Source of the DNA: Akkermansiaceae bacterium
Lineage (GTDB): Bacteria > Verrucomicrobiota > Verrucomicrobiia > Verrucomicrobiales > Akkermansiaceae
NCBI GenBank assembly: GCA_037620805.1
Contig: JASJLI010000099.1
Location: forward strand, 3,211-67,210
Reading direction: 5' to 3'
Length of the DNA stretch: 64,000 nt
The position numbers and the translations under genes are program-made. Numbering within the stretch: position 1 is the stretch's first letter; the number at the start of each line of letters is the position of its first letter. The notes under the pieces are model-generated. The model did no database searches, was not told the DNA's origin, and saw only the letters and a program-made list of their open reading frames with translations. Positions 27,410-38,325 of this stretch are shown here, one piece after another.

Positions 27410-29272
27410 TTATTTTTCCTTATTCTTATCAAAGAAGATTTTGATATCGGCTTCCTTAGTGCCTAGGAGTTCCTGGGCGCGAATGAGGGCGTCGCGGGTG
27501 GAGATGTTTGGGTTCTCTCTGAAATACATAAACAGATTGGTTTCGCCTTGGGTTCGATCGCATCCTTCTTGCAGGGTTTCGAGGACACCTGATTTTTTGA
27601 GCACCCCGTAGACGTCGCGAGTGGCTCCTGAGATGAGCACGTGAACGCCTTTTTTTCGGGTGTGTTTGATGAGGTCCTCTAGAGCTAGAACGCTGGTGGC
27701 ATCGAGGTGGCGAGCGTTTTTCAACCGAAGAATAATCACCTTCAGGTTTTCATCAGTAATGGCGCGTTGAACTTGCGTCCGGAATAGGTCGGCGGCACCG
27801 AAAAATAGGTCGCCTTCGACGTGCACAATAGAAATGGCCGGGATCTGACGTTGGCTCTTTTTACCCATTTCGCGGAGGTCGCCCGCGTCACTCATTTCAT
27901 ATTCCACAAGGTGTGGTTTGGATGCCTTGCGCAGGAACAGGGTGATGGAAAGGCCAACGCCGATGAAGATGGCGTAGTCGAGTCGGGTCAGTAAGGTCGC
28001 GGAAAATGTCGTAATGATCACCAGAGCATCACCGGGCGTGGAACGCAGGCAGATCCGGATGTTTTTCCAGTTGATGAGTGAGATGGCGATCCCGATGACG
28101 AGCGCTGCCAGCGAGGCTTTCGGGATGTTTTCCACGATAGGTAGTTTTACCAGAGCGTAGAATCCTATCAGGCAGAGCAGGCCGCAGAAGATGGATGAGA
28201 AGCGCGACTTCGAGTGTGATTCGTAGTTGAGCGCCGAGCGAGTCAATGAGCCTGACGCAGGCATGGCGGCGACCATGGACGTAACGATGTTAGCCATTCC
28301 GACCGAGAGCATGTCTTGGTTCACATCCGATCGGCTACCGGATCGGCTAGCGAGCGATTTGGCCATGACGGTGTTTTCCAATGATGCGAGGAAGGCGATG
28401 GCGAAAGCTACGCCTAATAGGGCCGAAATATCATCCAAGTTTACATTCGGCAGCGACGGGGAGAGTTTATTGAGTTGGAAGGCATTGAATGTTTCAAGCA
28501 TCTCAAATGACGGTACCCACATCCTCAACATCCATCCAGCTAAGGCTGAGAGAGTCAGGCTGATGGCGAAGTTTGGCAGGGCGGGGATTTTTTTCTGAAG
28601 GACAAGATAAAGAACTAAAGTTCCGATGCCGAGCGCCACAGGCTGCCAGTGATAGCTTTCCCATAGCCCGCTCATCTTCTCGACGATGGTGAAAAAGGTT
28701 TTGGCTGACTCGCCCTCGCCCTGGCCCATTGGCGTTGCAATGCCAAGCACGTGTTTGAGCTGGTTGGTTAGAATGAGCAGGGCTGCTCCGGTGATGTAAC
28801 CGACGAGCACGCTCCGGCTGACGTATTGCAGGAGGTCTGCGACTTTAAAAAGGGCACCGAATACTGACAGCACACCTACCATCATGACCAGCAGGGGCAT
28901 GTATTCCACAGGTGATTTATCCATTGTTCCAGCTGCCGCAGCAAAGAAACTAAACACCATAAATGAAGTTGCGTTGGTTGGACCGAGGATGGTGTGGCGA
29001 GAACTGGAGAAAAGGGGTGCCACGATGGCCGCGATGGCGGAGCAAATGATTCCGTAGTAGATGGGGAGTTCTGCAATGGCTGCGTAGGCCATGCCCTGTG
29101 GTAGTGCGAGCAGGGCAACGTTCAGTGCCGCCTTAATATCGTAGCCGAATTTATGGCTGTTGTACGTTTTTAGAGATTTTCGGATTGGGAGCCAATCGAG
29201 ACCATTACCCGAGAGAATTCGGAAAGTTTCTCTCCGAACCTTACGCAAAGTGGATTTGATGAGGCGCGACAT
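27410..29272 (-). CDS. SulP-family anion (sulfate) permease with a C-terminal STAS domain
   Basis: Polytopic membrane protein with ALLALPQGMAYAAIAELP..., followed by a STAS-like segment (VIILRLKNARHLDATSVLALEDL). Confidence 0.9.
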   Translation of the reverse strand: MSRLIKSTLRKVRRETFRILSGNGLDWLPIRKSLKTYNSHKFGYDIKAALNVALLALPQGMAYAAIAELPIYYGIICSAIAAIVAPLFSSSRHTILGPTNATSFMVFSFFAAAAGTMDKSPVEYMPLLVMMVGVLSVFGALFKVADLLQYVSRSVLVGYITGAALLILTNQLKHVLGIATPMGQGEGESAKTFFTIVEKMSGLWESYHWQPVALGIGTLVLYLVLQKKIPALPNFAISLTLSALAGWMLRMWVPSFEMLETFNAFQLNKLSPSLPNVNLDDISALLGVAFAIAFLASLENTVMAKSLASRSGSRSDVNQDMLSVGMANIVTSMVAAMPASGSLTRSALNYESHSKSRFSSIFCGLLCLIGFYALVKLPIVENIPKASLAALVIGIAISLINWKNIRICLRSTPGDALVIITTFSATLLTRLDYAIFIGVGLSITLFLRKASKPHLVEYEMSDAGDLREMGKKSQRQIPAISIVHVEGDLFFGAADLFRTQVQRAITDENLKVIILRLKNARHLDATSVLALEDLIKHTRKKGVHVLISGATRDVYGVLKKSGVLETLQEGCDRTQGETNLFMYFRENPNISTRDALIRAQELLGTKEADIKIFFDKNKEK

Positions 29273-29278
29273 ATCCTG

Positions 29279-30391
29279 TTATTTTCTGCGAGCCCTGAAG
29301 AACAGCAAGACACCAAGCCCTAGGCAGGTGATGTTAGGAAGCCAGTAGAGCAAGATGGCAGTATTGCCGGGCTTCTTCTGAAACGAATCAGCAATCATGA
29401 AAAACAGAAAGTATCCAAGCCCCACAACAATGCTGATGGCAAGCCCGGTGGATGTTTCTTTTCGGCGTGCATTGATTCCTAATGGAACAGCAACCATGGA
29501 AAGGGCAAGGCAGGCCATGGAGAATGCATAGCGACGGTGGATTTCATTGCTGAGTTTGTAGCGTTTGGAATCTTCCATAGTGGGCTCATCAGCCAGTGCC
29601 TGGCGAATCTGGGCGTTAGTCATCGTGCTGGCCTTTTGCTTTTTCTTCCGGTCGCTGGCAAAGTCGAACAGAAGTGGCTCCTGCTCACCGATGAATGCGA
29701 GTTCGCGTTTTCCATCGGGTGTGTGTGTTTCCATATAAGCATCTGTTAAGTGAAGTCTGATCTGTTTGCTCTCCTGAATGATCTTAAGCTTGGCTTCGCG
29801 GGCGTAGACACTCATTATAGGGAAACCTGTTTCGTTTTCCTTATCGAGCATATAGAGGTGCATGCCTTTCAGGGTGTTATCCTCACGAGCCTCGACAAAT
29901 ATTTTTTGATCCTGAAAACGAGTCTGGACTACGCCGGGATCGAGCATGGCATTGGGGTTTTCTTTAACCGCCTCGTAGAGCACGAATTTCATCTCGTCCT
30001 TCGCCTTGGGAGCCATGCTGATATTGAGCCAGAGACAGAGGCAGCATAGCAGGCCTGCGATCACATAAACCGGCGCGGCGACACGTAGTAACCCAACTCC
30101 AGCCATGCGCATGCTAACCAGCTCGTTCTCGGCGGAGAGCCGACCAAAGACTAACAAAACAGCGACGAGGAAACCCCATGGGATGGTGTAGATCAGGGAA
30201 AAGGGAAGTACGCTGAAGATGAAGCGGATCACCAGGGCGGGGGAGGCGTGTTCCTCGACGAGTAGTGGGCGTAGCTCCTTGAAAAGGTTGCCCATGACTA
30301 ATAGGACGCTAAGGACGATAACACCAAAGATCGTAGCAGCAATGAGTTGCTTGCCGATATAGCGATCCATGAGGCGTATCATGGAGTGCAT
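29279..30391 (-). CDS. LptF/LptG-family LPS export permease
   Basis: MIRLMDRYIGKQLIAATIFGVIVLSVLLVMGNLFKEL, the typical YjgP/YjgQ start. Possible starts are at 30391, 30382 or 30370; the longest ORF reaches 30439. Confidence 0.8.
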   Translation of the reverse strand: MHSMIRLMDRYIGKQLIAATIFGVIVLSVLLVMGNLFKELRPLLVEEHASPALVIRFIFSVLPFSLIYTIPWGFLVAVLLVFGRLSAENELVSMRMAGVGLLRVAAPVYVIAGLLCCLCLWLNISMAPKAKDEMKFVLYEAVKENPNAMLDPGVVQTRFQDQKIFVEAREDNTLKGMHLYMLDKENETGFPIMSVYAREAKLKIIQESKQIRLHLTDAYMETHTPDGKRELAFIGEQEPLLFDFASDRKKKQKASTMTNAQIRQALADEPTMEDSKRYKLSNEIHRRYAFSMACLALSMVAVPLGINARRKETSTGLAISIVVGLGYFLFFMIADSFQKKPGNTAILLYWLPNITCLGLGVLLFFRARRK

Positions 30392-30457
30392 TTTTATCGG
30401 GAAAAAGGTGGGTGTCGAGGATCGACTGAAGTGTGACACTAATTATACCACGAAAAA

Positions 30458-30934
30458 TCAAGCGTCCTGCATCGACTTCGGCTTGCCGAGAATCTCAGAG
30501 AGGACGATTGCTTGTTGAGCAGCCTTGGGGCTGGAGAGTAGACCTCGAATCGAAGTCTTGGGACTATTGCGACGTTTTCGCTTACCACTAGAGAGCTGTT
30601 GGAAGCGTGCTGCAGCGGCTTGTTCCTCGGAAGTAAGCGTCCTCTTTTTAGGGGGAGAAAACTGCTTCGCTTGAGGTTGTGTATGCTGTGCATGTTGGAC
30701 GATAGGCGGGGGCGACTGGGCGATCGGAGGTGGTGACTGAACAGGCTGTTCTTGCTGGACGGTCGTTTGGCGCTGGCGGATTTCTTCACGAAAATCTTCG
30801 TAAATATCCTCCAACGATTCCGAGACCTCATGGGGCTGGTCTCCCTTGCCTTTCATTTTCTCAATGACCCACTTGATCGCGCTGATCACTACAAAGAGGA
30901 TCAGGATAATAAGCCGGCCGTCGAGTTCTTCCAT
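30458..30934 (-). CDS. Hypothetical single-TM protein with a Gln/Pro-rich linker
   Basis: 158 aa; TM helix LIILILFVVISAIKWVI; SPPPIAQSPPPIV repeat; no family recognised. Confidence 0.5.
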   Translation of the reverse strand: MEELDGRLIILILFVVISAIKWVIEKMKGKGDQPHEVSESLEDIYEDFREEIRQRQTTVQQEQPVQSPPPIAQSPPPIVQHAQHTQPQAKQFSPPKKRTLTSEEQAAAARFQQLSSGKRKRRNSPKTSIRGLLSSPKAAQQAIVLSEILGKPKSMQDA

Positions 30935-30938
30935 GGGG

Positions 30939-30973
30939 ATTAGTTATTAGTTATTGGTTGTCAGGTATTAGCG
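30939..30973. repeat. Heptad array ATTAGTT ATTAGTT ATTGGTT GTCAGGT ATTAGCG
   Basis: Starts 5 nt upstream (in gene orientation) of the ATG of ORF 30458..30934. Confidence 0.75.
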
Positions 30974-30979
30974 AGCAGT

Positions 30980-31005
30980 TGCCGCCCTTCGGTGGAAGGG
31001 CGGCA
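30980..31005 (-). terminator. GC-rich hairpin (11-bp perfect stem, 4-nt loop) just downstream of floA; terminator-like but without a U tract
   Basis: TGCCGCCCTTC-GGTG-GAAGGGCGGCA. Confidence 0.4.
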
Positions 31006-31019
31006 CTGATCATAAGAGC

Positions 31020-32069
31020 TTACTCAGAGTTTTCGTTGTCGTCGCCTGCGATGGAGTCACGCATCTTGGTATCGGCGTTGACGTTCTCATATTTGACATA
31101 GTCCATGATACCTAGGTTACCGTTGCGGAATGCTTCGGCAATGGCCATGGGGATTCCTGCCTCGGCTTCGACAACCTTAGCGCGCATCTCCTGGGTGCGT
31201 GCAGACATTTCCTGTTCTACAGCTACGGCAGCAGCGCGGCGCATCTCGGCCTTGGCCTGGGCGACTTGTTTGTCGGCCTCAGCTTGTTCGGCCTGGAGAC
31301 GAGCGCCGATGTTGTCGGCTACGTCCACGTCGGCTATATCAATCGAGAGAATTTCAAAGGCGGTGGACGCATCCACCCCTTTTTCGAGCACGAGTTTGGA
31401 AATGTTGTCGGGGTTTTCCAGCACGTGTTTGTAGGAGAGGGCAGAACCAACAGAGGTTACGATACCTTCACCCACACGGGCGATGATGGTTTCCTCGGTA
31501 GCACCACCGACGAAGCGGTCGAGGTTGGTGCGAACGGTGACACGGGCGCGGGCATTGACGGCGATACCGTCTTTGGCGACCGCGGTGATCTTGGTGGTTC
31601 CCATGGCGGGGTTCGGGACGTCGATCACTTTCGGGTTAATCGAGGTGCGGACGGCTTCAAGTACTGTTTTGCCGGTGTCTTTGGTGGCGAGGTCGATGGC
31701 GCAGGCGCGATCATAGGGAAGTGCGATACCGGCTTTGTCAGCTGCGATCATAGCGAGCACAACATGGGTGATGTCACCTCCGGAGAGGTAGTGTGCTTCG
31801 AGTTGGTCGGTAGAAAACGGCAAGCCTGCTTTCATAGCCGTGATACGACTATTTACAATCAGAGCGGGCGGTACTTTACGGAAGCGCATGAAGACAAGGT
31901 TCATCATGCTTACAGGGGCTCCAGCGGTGCGGGCTTGCAACCAGATACCGAAAAATTTGATTAAGATGAAGAAAAACACGATCGCGAAGATAGCCACGAT
32001 GGCTAGCACGATAGGTCCGAGCGCGCCTGGGAGCGCAGCAAGAGTAGGTAGGGAATCTGATATGGTCAT
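31020..32069 (-). CDS. floA: Flotillin-like protein FloA (UPF0365/SPFH family)
   Basis: [27 protein letters not shown]...[10 protein letters not shown]...[11 protein letters not shown]. The internal ATG at 32069 ([10 protein letters not shown]...) is preferred to the ORF start at 32228. Confidence 0.85.
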   Translation of the reverse strand: MTISDSLPTLAALPGALGPIVLAIVAIFAIVFFFILIKFFGIWLQARTAGAPVSMMNLVFMRFRKVPPALIVNSRITAMKAGLPFSTDQLEAHYLSGGDITHVVLAMIAADKAGIALPYDRACAIDLATKDTGKTVLEAVRTSINPKVIDVPNPAMGTTKITAVAKDGIAVNARARVTVRTNLDRFVGGATEETIIARVGEGIVTSVGSALSYKHVLENPDNISKLVLEKGVDASTAFEILSIDIADVDVADNIGARLQAEQAEADKQVAQAKAEMRRAAAVAVEQEMSARTQEMRAKVVEAEAGIPMAIAEAFRNGNLGIMDYVKYENVNADTKMRDSIAGDDNENSE

Positions 32070-32205
32070 GGTTTGAGTGGGCTGTTGGTTAGTAGTTGGC
32101 TGTAATCTGTGGCAAGAGGCTGTCTCTGGCAAGTAACAAGCAGAGAAAAATCCCCTACAATGACGTCTTGCTTTCCAGCTGGGATGGTTTATGCAACTCC
32201 CTGAC

Positions 32206-32409
32206 ATGAAACAGTTCATTTTTAGCACATTTGCAATCGTTGGTTTGTTTTCGTTTATTTCCTGTGAACGCCACGAATGGGAAGACAGCGCCGATGGTGC
32301 GAAGGACGGGACTAAGAACCTGTATCCGAAAGAAAAGAAGACAGAAAAACATCCTGAGCACGATAAGGGCGGGGACGAGCATTCTTCCGCCGAAGGGAAG
32401 ACTCACTAG
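32206..32409 (+). CDS. Small putative lipoprotein (67 aa), Lys/Glu/His-rich
   Basis: [20 protein letters not shown], a lipobox-like signal. Confidence 0.4.
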   Translation: MKQFIFSTFAIVGLFSFISCERHEWEDSADGAKDGTKNLYPKEKKTEKHPEHDKGGDEHSSAEGKTH

Positions 32410-32507
32410 GCCATCAAGGCCCACTATTTTTAGCTTTCACCGAGTATAGGTGGCCCTTCTTTTTGAAAGAGAGTCTTTAATTATCGGGTGATTGCGAACA
32501 CGCCCCC

Positions 32508-33437
32508 ATGAATCACCGCCAAAATCCTCCTTGGTTATTGCCCAATTTGTTGAGCATTGATGCTCCGTTGGTGGCTGTTGCATGGATGTGGATGTTGGCT
32601 CGGGCGCTGAGGGTTGAGTATATTCAGACGGCTGCATGGATCGTGTTGCCTACGTCGATATGGTGTGTCTACGTCTTGGACCGGCTTATCGACGGATGGA
32701 GACATCCTGAGGTTCGTAAGTCGTCACCTCGTCATCTATTTCACTGGCGTTGGCGTTGGGTGCTGTTGACTGCTGCTCTTATTGCGGGTGGTGTTAGCAT
32801 CTACTACGCAATGTTTGTGCTATCGCGATCGATATTCTCGGCAGGTTTAGTGGCAGCTCTCTTGTGCGGGCTCTATTTTGGTCTGGCATTCATTGATCGT
32901 GGAGAGGTCCCCTATGTGAAGAACCTTCTCGCAGGGATGATTTTTGCGATGGGAATAGGAATCCCCGTGAATGCGGCGAATGCAACACTGTTGGTGACTG
33001 ACCTGAACGACGTCATTTACGCATTTAAACACACAGGTCCTGTTGATGCCGCATGGAATTTCGGTAGAATGGTGTTGAGTACGATCATTGTGATTTTCTT
33101 CCACTGCCGAGAGGTGTGGGTGTTCGGATTACTGTGTATGATGAATATTACGGCCATTGATCTCTGGGAAAAAGCGGATGCCTCCCAAGATGAAAACACG
33201 GCCTACCGGCATGAACAGACTCTGACGATGGGTCTGATCATTCTTGCTGGAGGATCGCTGGTGTTTGCTGCGATGTATGCCGATGAGTATTCCAAGCCGT
33301 TTTTCTATGCGGTGATGGTGGCCGCTGCAACGCTGCAGATTATTAATCACTACCGCGACAGATTTTCCATAAATTCCCTCAGGGTGCTTGCGGATGCCGC
33401 ATTGCTGGTTCCCATACCAATTTTCTTGGTTGGATGA
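32508..33437 (+). CDS. Polytopic membrane protein, possibly UbiA-like prenyltransferase superfamily
   Basis: About 8 predicted TM segments. YVLDRLID resembles the first Asp-rich UbiA motif; the assignment is weak. Confidence 0.5.
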   Translation: MNHRQNPPWLLPNLLSIDAPLVAVAWMWMLARALRVEYIQTAAWIVLPTSIWCVYVLDRLIDGWRHPEVRKSSPRHLFHWRWRWVLLTAALIAGGVSIYYAMFVLSRSIFSAGLVAALLCGLYFGLAFIDRGEVPYVKNLLAGMIFAMGIGIPVNAANATLLVTDLNDVIYAFKHTGPVDAAWNFGRMVLSTIIVIFFHCREVWVFGLLCMMNITAIDLWEKADASQDENTAYRHEQTLTMGLIILAGGSLVFAAMYADEYSKPFFYAVMVAAATLQIINHYRDRFSINSLRVLADAALLVPIPIFLVG

Positions 33438-33483
33438 TGAATGTCACTTGTGGTGATGGAATCGATCAAGTAGAATCGGTCTT

Positions 33484-34086
33484 GTGATTCAATTGGAGTT
33501 TCTCTTTCGCAGGAAAAAAAAACCTGTCAAAAAACCTGCGTGCGCTGATAGGGCATCGGAGGCGAAATCCACTTCAGCTGGGGGTGTCGATGAGGAACAA
33601 ACCACAGAGTGTGCAGAGTTACTCCGAGGCCTTGGTTTGAAAACATTGGCGGATCAGGTGAAGGTTGTTTGGAATTCCCGGATGCGTACGACAGCTGGTA
33701 GGGCATTTTGGCCTGAGGGGAAAATTGAGCTCAACCCTAAGTTGGAAGAACTCGCTCCTGATGAGGTGAAGAGCACGCTCCTTCATGAACTGGCGCATCT
33801 TGTTGCCTACGCACGAGCGGGTCGAAAAAGAATCAACGCCCATGGTGTGGAATGGCGGCAGGCATGCGCCGATCTTGGTATCCCCCGTGAACGGGCGACG
33901 CATTCGTTACCTCTACCCGGCAGAACGATGCAAAAGAAGTGGCGTTATGCCTGCCCCGCTTGTGGTGAGGGATTCGACAGGGTCAGAAAAATGAAACGCT
34001 ACGCAGGCTGTTACACCTGCTGCAAGAACCACAACGGGGGATACTATCACAAGAAGTTCCGTTTCGTGGAAACGAAGTTGGATTAG
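33484..34086 (+). CDS. SprT-like zinc metalloprotease domain protein with a C-terminal Cys-rich ribbon
   Basis: RTTAGRAFW...LLHELAHLV...GVEW; CPACG...CYTCC. Confidence 0.8.
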   Translation: MIQLEFLFRRKKKPVKKPACADRASEAKSTSAGGVDEEQTTECAELLRGLGLKTLADQVKVVWNSRMRTTAGRAFWPEGKIELNPKLEELAPDEVKSTLLHELAHLVAYARAGRKRINAHGVEWRQACADLGIPRERATHSLPLPGRTMQKKWRYACPACGEGFDRVRKMKRYAGCYTCCKNHNGGYYHKKFRFVETKLD

Positions 34087-34099
34087 TGCTCCAAATTCC

Positions 34100-34231
34100 T
34101 TAAATTGATGGGTATCTCCTTGCTTATTTTCGAGATGGCTTCGTTATCATCCTTTCTGAGAATCCCGATTCACCGAAAGAATTCCGCCTAGCCCTCTCAA
34201 AAATCTGCGGCGAATCTACCCATCAATTTAA
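34100..34231. repeat. Perfect 15-nt inverted repeat (TTAAATTGATGGGTA / TACCCATCAATTTAA) with a 102-nt spacer
   Basis: Arms at 34100-34114 and 34217-34231, lying between the convergent 3' ends of sprT-like and DUF3817. Confidence 0.8.
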
Positions 34232-34244
34232 ACAATTCGAAGCA

Positions 34245-34553
34245 CTAGCCTTTTCTATCAGCAGGCTTCTGCCCAACCAGCCACTTTTCCACCCAGATGG
34301 GGGCGAAGGGAACGAGAGAGGCCATAAATATCCAGAACGGTGGCTTGATCGTCCATTTTTGCACGATCTTGGCATTGAGCAGAGCAACGCAGAAAATGCA
34401 GAACAAAACACCGTGGATCATACCGGGGATTTTGATGGCATCTTCGACTCCAAGGATCCGTTTTGTGTAGATGGAGTGGTAGAGCAGGAAGAGAAAGGAA
34501 AGTCCTTCAATGATGCTGATGACGCGGAGTCGATTGATGGCGGTGCTAAGCAT
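34245..34553 (-). CDS. DUF3817-domain membrane protein
   Basis: LRVISIIEGLSFLFLL...PGMIHGVLFCIFCVALL... Confidence 0.8.
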   Translation of the reverse strand: MLSTAINRLRVISIIEGLSFLFLLYHSIYTKRILGVEDAIKIPGMIHGVLFCIFCVALLNAKIVQKWTIKPPFWIFMASLVPFAPIWVEKWLVGQKPADRKG

Positions 34554-34592
34554 GCGTGGGTAGTAGGCCTTTTTGTCGAAAATGACAAGTAT

Positions 34593-34627
34593 TTGGAATT
34601 TGATTCTTGGAACTTAAAACTTAAAGT
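34593..34627 (+). repeat. Heptad array TTGGAAT TTGATTC TTGGAAC TTAAAAC TTAAAGT
   Basis: Ends 6 nt before the chrA ATG; same unit family as 22802-22836. Confidence 0.75.
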
Positions 34628-34633
34628 CACCCC

Positions 34634-35839
34634 ATGCCAACGAGGATGAAGGGAATGATGGAATGTTTTTTGATCTCACTGAAGCTGGGGCTGACATCGT
34701 TTGGTGGGCCTGTGGCTCATCTGGGGTATTTTAGGGAGGCTTATGTAGAACGTGGAAAATGGCTTAGCGAGGAGCGTTATGCTGAGTTGGTGGCGTTGAC
34801 TCAGTTTTTACCGGGGCCGGGAAGTAGTCAGTTGGGTGCGGCCATTGGATATGAGCGCGCCGGTTGGTTAGGCGGGCTAGGGGCATGGCTAGGATTTACA
34901 CTGCCCTCAGCGTTGGTAATGATCGCTTTTGCAATAGGTATGGGAAGCATTCAGGAGTGGCTGGGAACAGGTTGGCTCCATGGTCTGAAGCTGGCTGCCG
35001 TGGCAGTAGTGTCGGTGGCTTTGTTAGGGATGCGTAAAAACCTCTGTCCACGCTGGCCCGAGATGATTCTGGCGGCAGTGGCCTTGGTTGTCCTTGCCTT
35101 AGTTCCAATAGCATGGATGCAACCGGTGATTATATTGTTAGGAGGCCTGATGGGGATGGTGCTCTTTAAGGAAAAGGCGGAGGAGGAGAGCGTTAAGGCG
35201 GCGGCCCCTACTTCTAGCCCTAGCAAGGGTTCACCTGTCCGGGGTGTTCTAATAGCAGCCTTGTTGATGGCGGCTTTGCTTGCTGTGCCATTTATGTTTC
35301 CCGGAAACAAGGACGCGCAAGCCACGGGAGGATTGTTGCAGGCGGGTTCCCTTGTCTTTGGCGGAGGTCATGTTGTTTTGCCGCTTTTGGAAACCAGTAC
35401 TGTGGATACAGGTTTTGTGGAAAAGGATAATTTCCTTGCTGGTTACGGTGCTGCACAGGCTGTGCCGGGGCCTTTGTTTACCTTTGGAGGTTTTCTTGGA
35501 GCATCGATGAATCTGTTTGGAAATGCTGCACTTGGTGGAGCTGTGGGTATTTTAGCCGTTTTTCTCCCCGGTATGGTATTACTGGCTGGCGGGTTACCTG
35601 TGTGGAACCGACTCAAGCATTTCGCCTGGGCACGCGCCGGTGTGCGTGGGGCCAATGCCACGGTGGTGGGAGTGTTGGGTGCTGCCTTGTTAGGTATGCT
35701 GACCAGCAGAAGTGTGTCTGGTCCGATCGATGCTGTGGCACTCCTCTTGTTAGCGTCAGCCATCTATTTCAAATGGCTGCCTGTCTGGTCGATCGTTCTC
35801 ATCGCCGCAGTCGGTGGCGGATTGGTGGCCTCGCTATAG
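34634..35839 (+). CDS. chrA: Chromate transporter (CHR family, duplicated domain)
   Basis: LGLTSFGGPVAHLGYFREAYVERGKWLSEERYAELVALTQFLPGPGSSQL, and a second half with GGGHVVLPLL. Confidence 0.9.
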   Translation: MPTRMKGMMECFLISLKLGLTSFGGPVAHLGYFREAYVERGKWLSEERYAELVALTQFLPGPGSSQLGAAIGYERAGWLGGLGAWLGFTLPSALVMIAFAIGMGSIQEWLGTGWLHGLKLAAVAVVSVALLGMRKNLCPRWPEMILAAVALVVLALVPIAWMQPVIILLGGLMGMVLFKEKAEEESVKAAAPTSSPSKGSPVRGVLIAALLMAALLAVPFMFPGNKDAQATGGLLQAGSLVFGGGHVVLPLLETSTVDTGFVEKDNFLAGYGAAQAVPGPLFTFGGFLGASMNLFGNAALGGAVGILAVFLPGMVLLAGGLPVWNRLKHFAWARAGVRGANATVVGVLGAALLGMLTSRSVSGPIDAVALLLLASAIYFKWLPVWSIVLIAAVGGGLVASL

Positions 35840-35847
35840 TGGATTCG

Positions 35848-36621
<774 letters not shown>

Positions 36622-36771
36622 CGGGAAAAGGCATAATGGATGGGTCTGAATATGGGAAGTGGAATCCTCGAAATGATACAGGTAATCAATTTATACAACT
36701 AATTTGCGACTTTGCTTCGCTTACCGAGTTGTATAATACCGTAATTACAACACTCCAACTACACTGATATT

Positions 36772-38151
36772 ATGAAAGCAACCGTTCTCGGGCCCATTGC
36801 GGCCCTCGTTATTGGTGGCGCTGCTGGCTTTATAGTCGGTAAAGGCGCTGCTCCCGCTCCTGAGACTGATAAAGATGTCCCAGCAGACGCCCGCAACGCT
36901 CGTCGATCAAGTGGATCGAGCTCCTCCTCCGGAGGCTCTTCCAGCCGCAGTTCCCGTGTAAAAAGCACATCTGAAGCGATGGCTCTCCCCGGTCAGAATG
37001 CGCGCTTGCAGGCACTGATGGACTACTATGCCGGACTCGATCCCTCACAATTCGAGGATGAGGCCAAAAAACTTGAAGACCTACCTTGGAGCGAGCGCAT
37101 CATGGTCGGATACCTTCTTTTTGCCCGTTGGGGTGAGGAAGATCCTACCGCAGCCATGGCCTACACTAAAACCATGGGAATGGCCGGTATGTTTGTCAAA
37201 GGCACCGTCATGCAGAGCTGGGCAGCGAAATATCCTCAGGATGCTGCCAAATACTTTACCGACAACCCGAATGAGTTTCGCATGGGTGGAATGATGGGAG
37301 GCCGCGGAGGCCGTGGCGGTTCTACCGCTGGCGTCATTGCCACCGAGTGGGCACGTCAGGACTCCGCCGGAGCAATGGTTTGGGCGCAGGGCCTTGAAGG
37401 CCGCGATCAACGTGATGCCATCCGTGGTATTTTCGAACAAGCAGCTAAAGAAGATCCAAGCAAAGCCGCTGGTATGCTTTCAACCATCACTGATGAGGAA
37501 GCTCGTAAGGACGCTCAAAACACCATCGCCCGCGAGTGGGGAGCTAAGGACTGGGATGCTGCCAAGTCATGGATCGCAGGACTTCCTGCTGACCAACAAG
37601 CCGATGCCACAGCCCGTGCACTTCGTGGATTAGCCGATGAAGATCCCCAAGCCGCAGCCGCTCAGATTACGGCTCTCCCTGAGGGCGAAGCACGCACTGA
37701 TGCCATGGAAAGTATCGCCAGAGCATGGAGTCGTGAAGATCCGGCTGCAGCAGCAGCTTGGGTAATGGCTAACGGTAACGAAGAGGCCCAAAAAGAAAGT
37801 ATCGGTCGTGTGGTTTCCTCATGGGTAGGTCAAGATTCAGCCGCTGCTCTTGAGTTTGTGAGTAAGCAACCAGAAGGAGCTGTTCGAGACAAAGCTGCAT
37901 CGTCTTATGTGATGTCGAACCAAGGTGGTGATATCCAGCAGAATCTTAAACTTGCCGAAACCATCGGCGACGAGCGTTCTCGTAGCTGGGCTATCGGTAT
38001 GACTGCCGCCAGCTGGGCACGTCAGGACAAGGAAGCCGCCACAAATTACGTCGATAGCTCAGAGTCGCTCAGCGATGAGGCCAAATCACGTATCAAGAAT
38101 TTTACTAAAGGTGGAGATCGTGGCTGGGGAGGTCGCCGAGGAGGGAAATAA
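36772..38151 (+). CDS. Hypothetical N-terminally anchored repeat protein (about 9 helical repeats W-x3-D-P-x-A-A-x2-W), with RGG-type tracts
   Basis: TM helix LGPIAALVIGGAAGFIV. Repeats include WGEEDPTAAMAY, WSREDPAAAAAW and WARQDKEAATNY. Also GGRGGRGG and a C-terminal GWGGRRGGK. Confidence 0.6.
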   Translation: MKATVLGPIAALVIGGAAGFIVGKGAAPAPETDKDVPADARNARRSSGSSSSSGGSSSRSSRVKSTSEAMALPGQNARLQALMDYYAGLDPSQFEDEAKKLEDLPWSERIMVGYLLFARWGEEDPTAAMAYTKTMGMAGMFVKGTVMQSWAAKYPQDAAKYFTDNPNEFRMGGMMGGRGGRGGSTAGVIATEWARQDSAGAMVWAQGLEGRDQRDAIRGIFEQAAKEDPSKAAGMLSTITDEEARKDAQNTIAREWGAKDWDAAKSWIAGLPADQQADATARALRGLADEDPQAAAAQITALPEGEARTDAMESIARAWSREDPAAAAAWVMANGNEEAQKESIGRVVSSWVGQDSAAALEFVSKQPEGAVRDKAASSYVMSNQGGDIQQNLKLAETIGDERSRSWAIGMTAASWARQDKEAATNYVDSSESLSDEAKSRIKNFTKGGDRGWGGRRGGK

Positions 38152-38179
38152 TTGACCTCAATACCTCTTTGGTATTATC

Positions 38180-38215
38180 AGAGCGCATGCGATTTTCGGG
38201 TGCGCTCTTTTTTTA
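38180..38215 (+). terminator. Rho-independent terminator after ORF 36772..38151
   Basis: AGAGCGCA-13 nt loop-TGCGCTCT followed by TTTTTTT. Confidence 0.65.
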
Positions 38216-38325
38216 TTGTGGCTGGAGTGTCAGCGCAAGCAATCGAAGTTGTGGTTCTATCTCGTTCCCCTTTGGGGAAGGGGGAATTAGAGGCTCTTTC
38301 TGTTACGCTTAGATGCAACCCTCGG

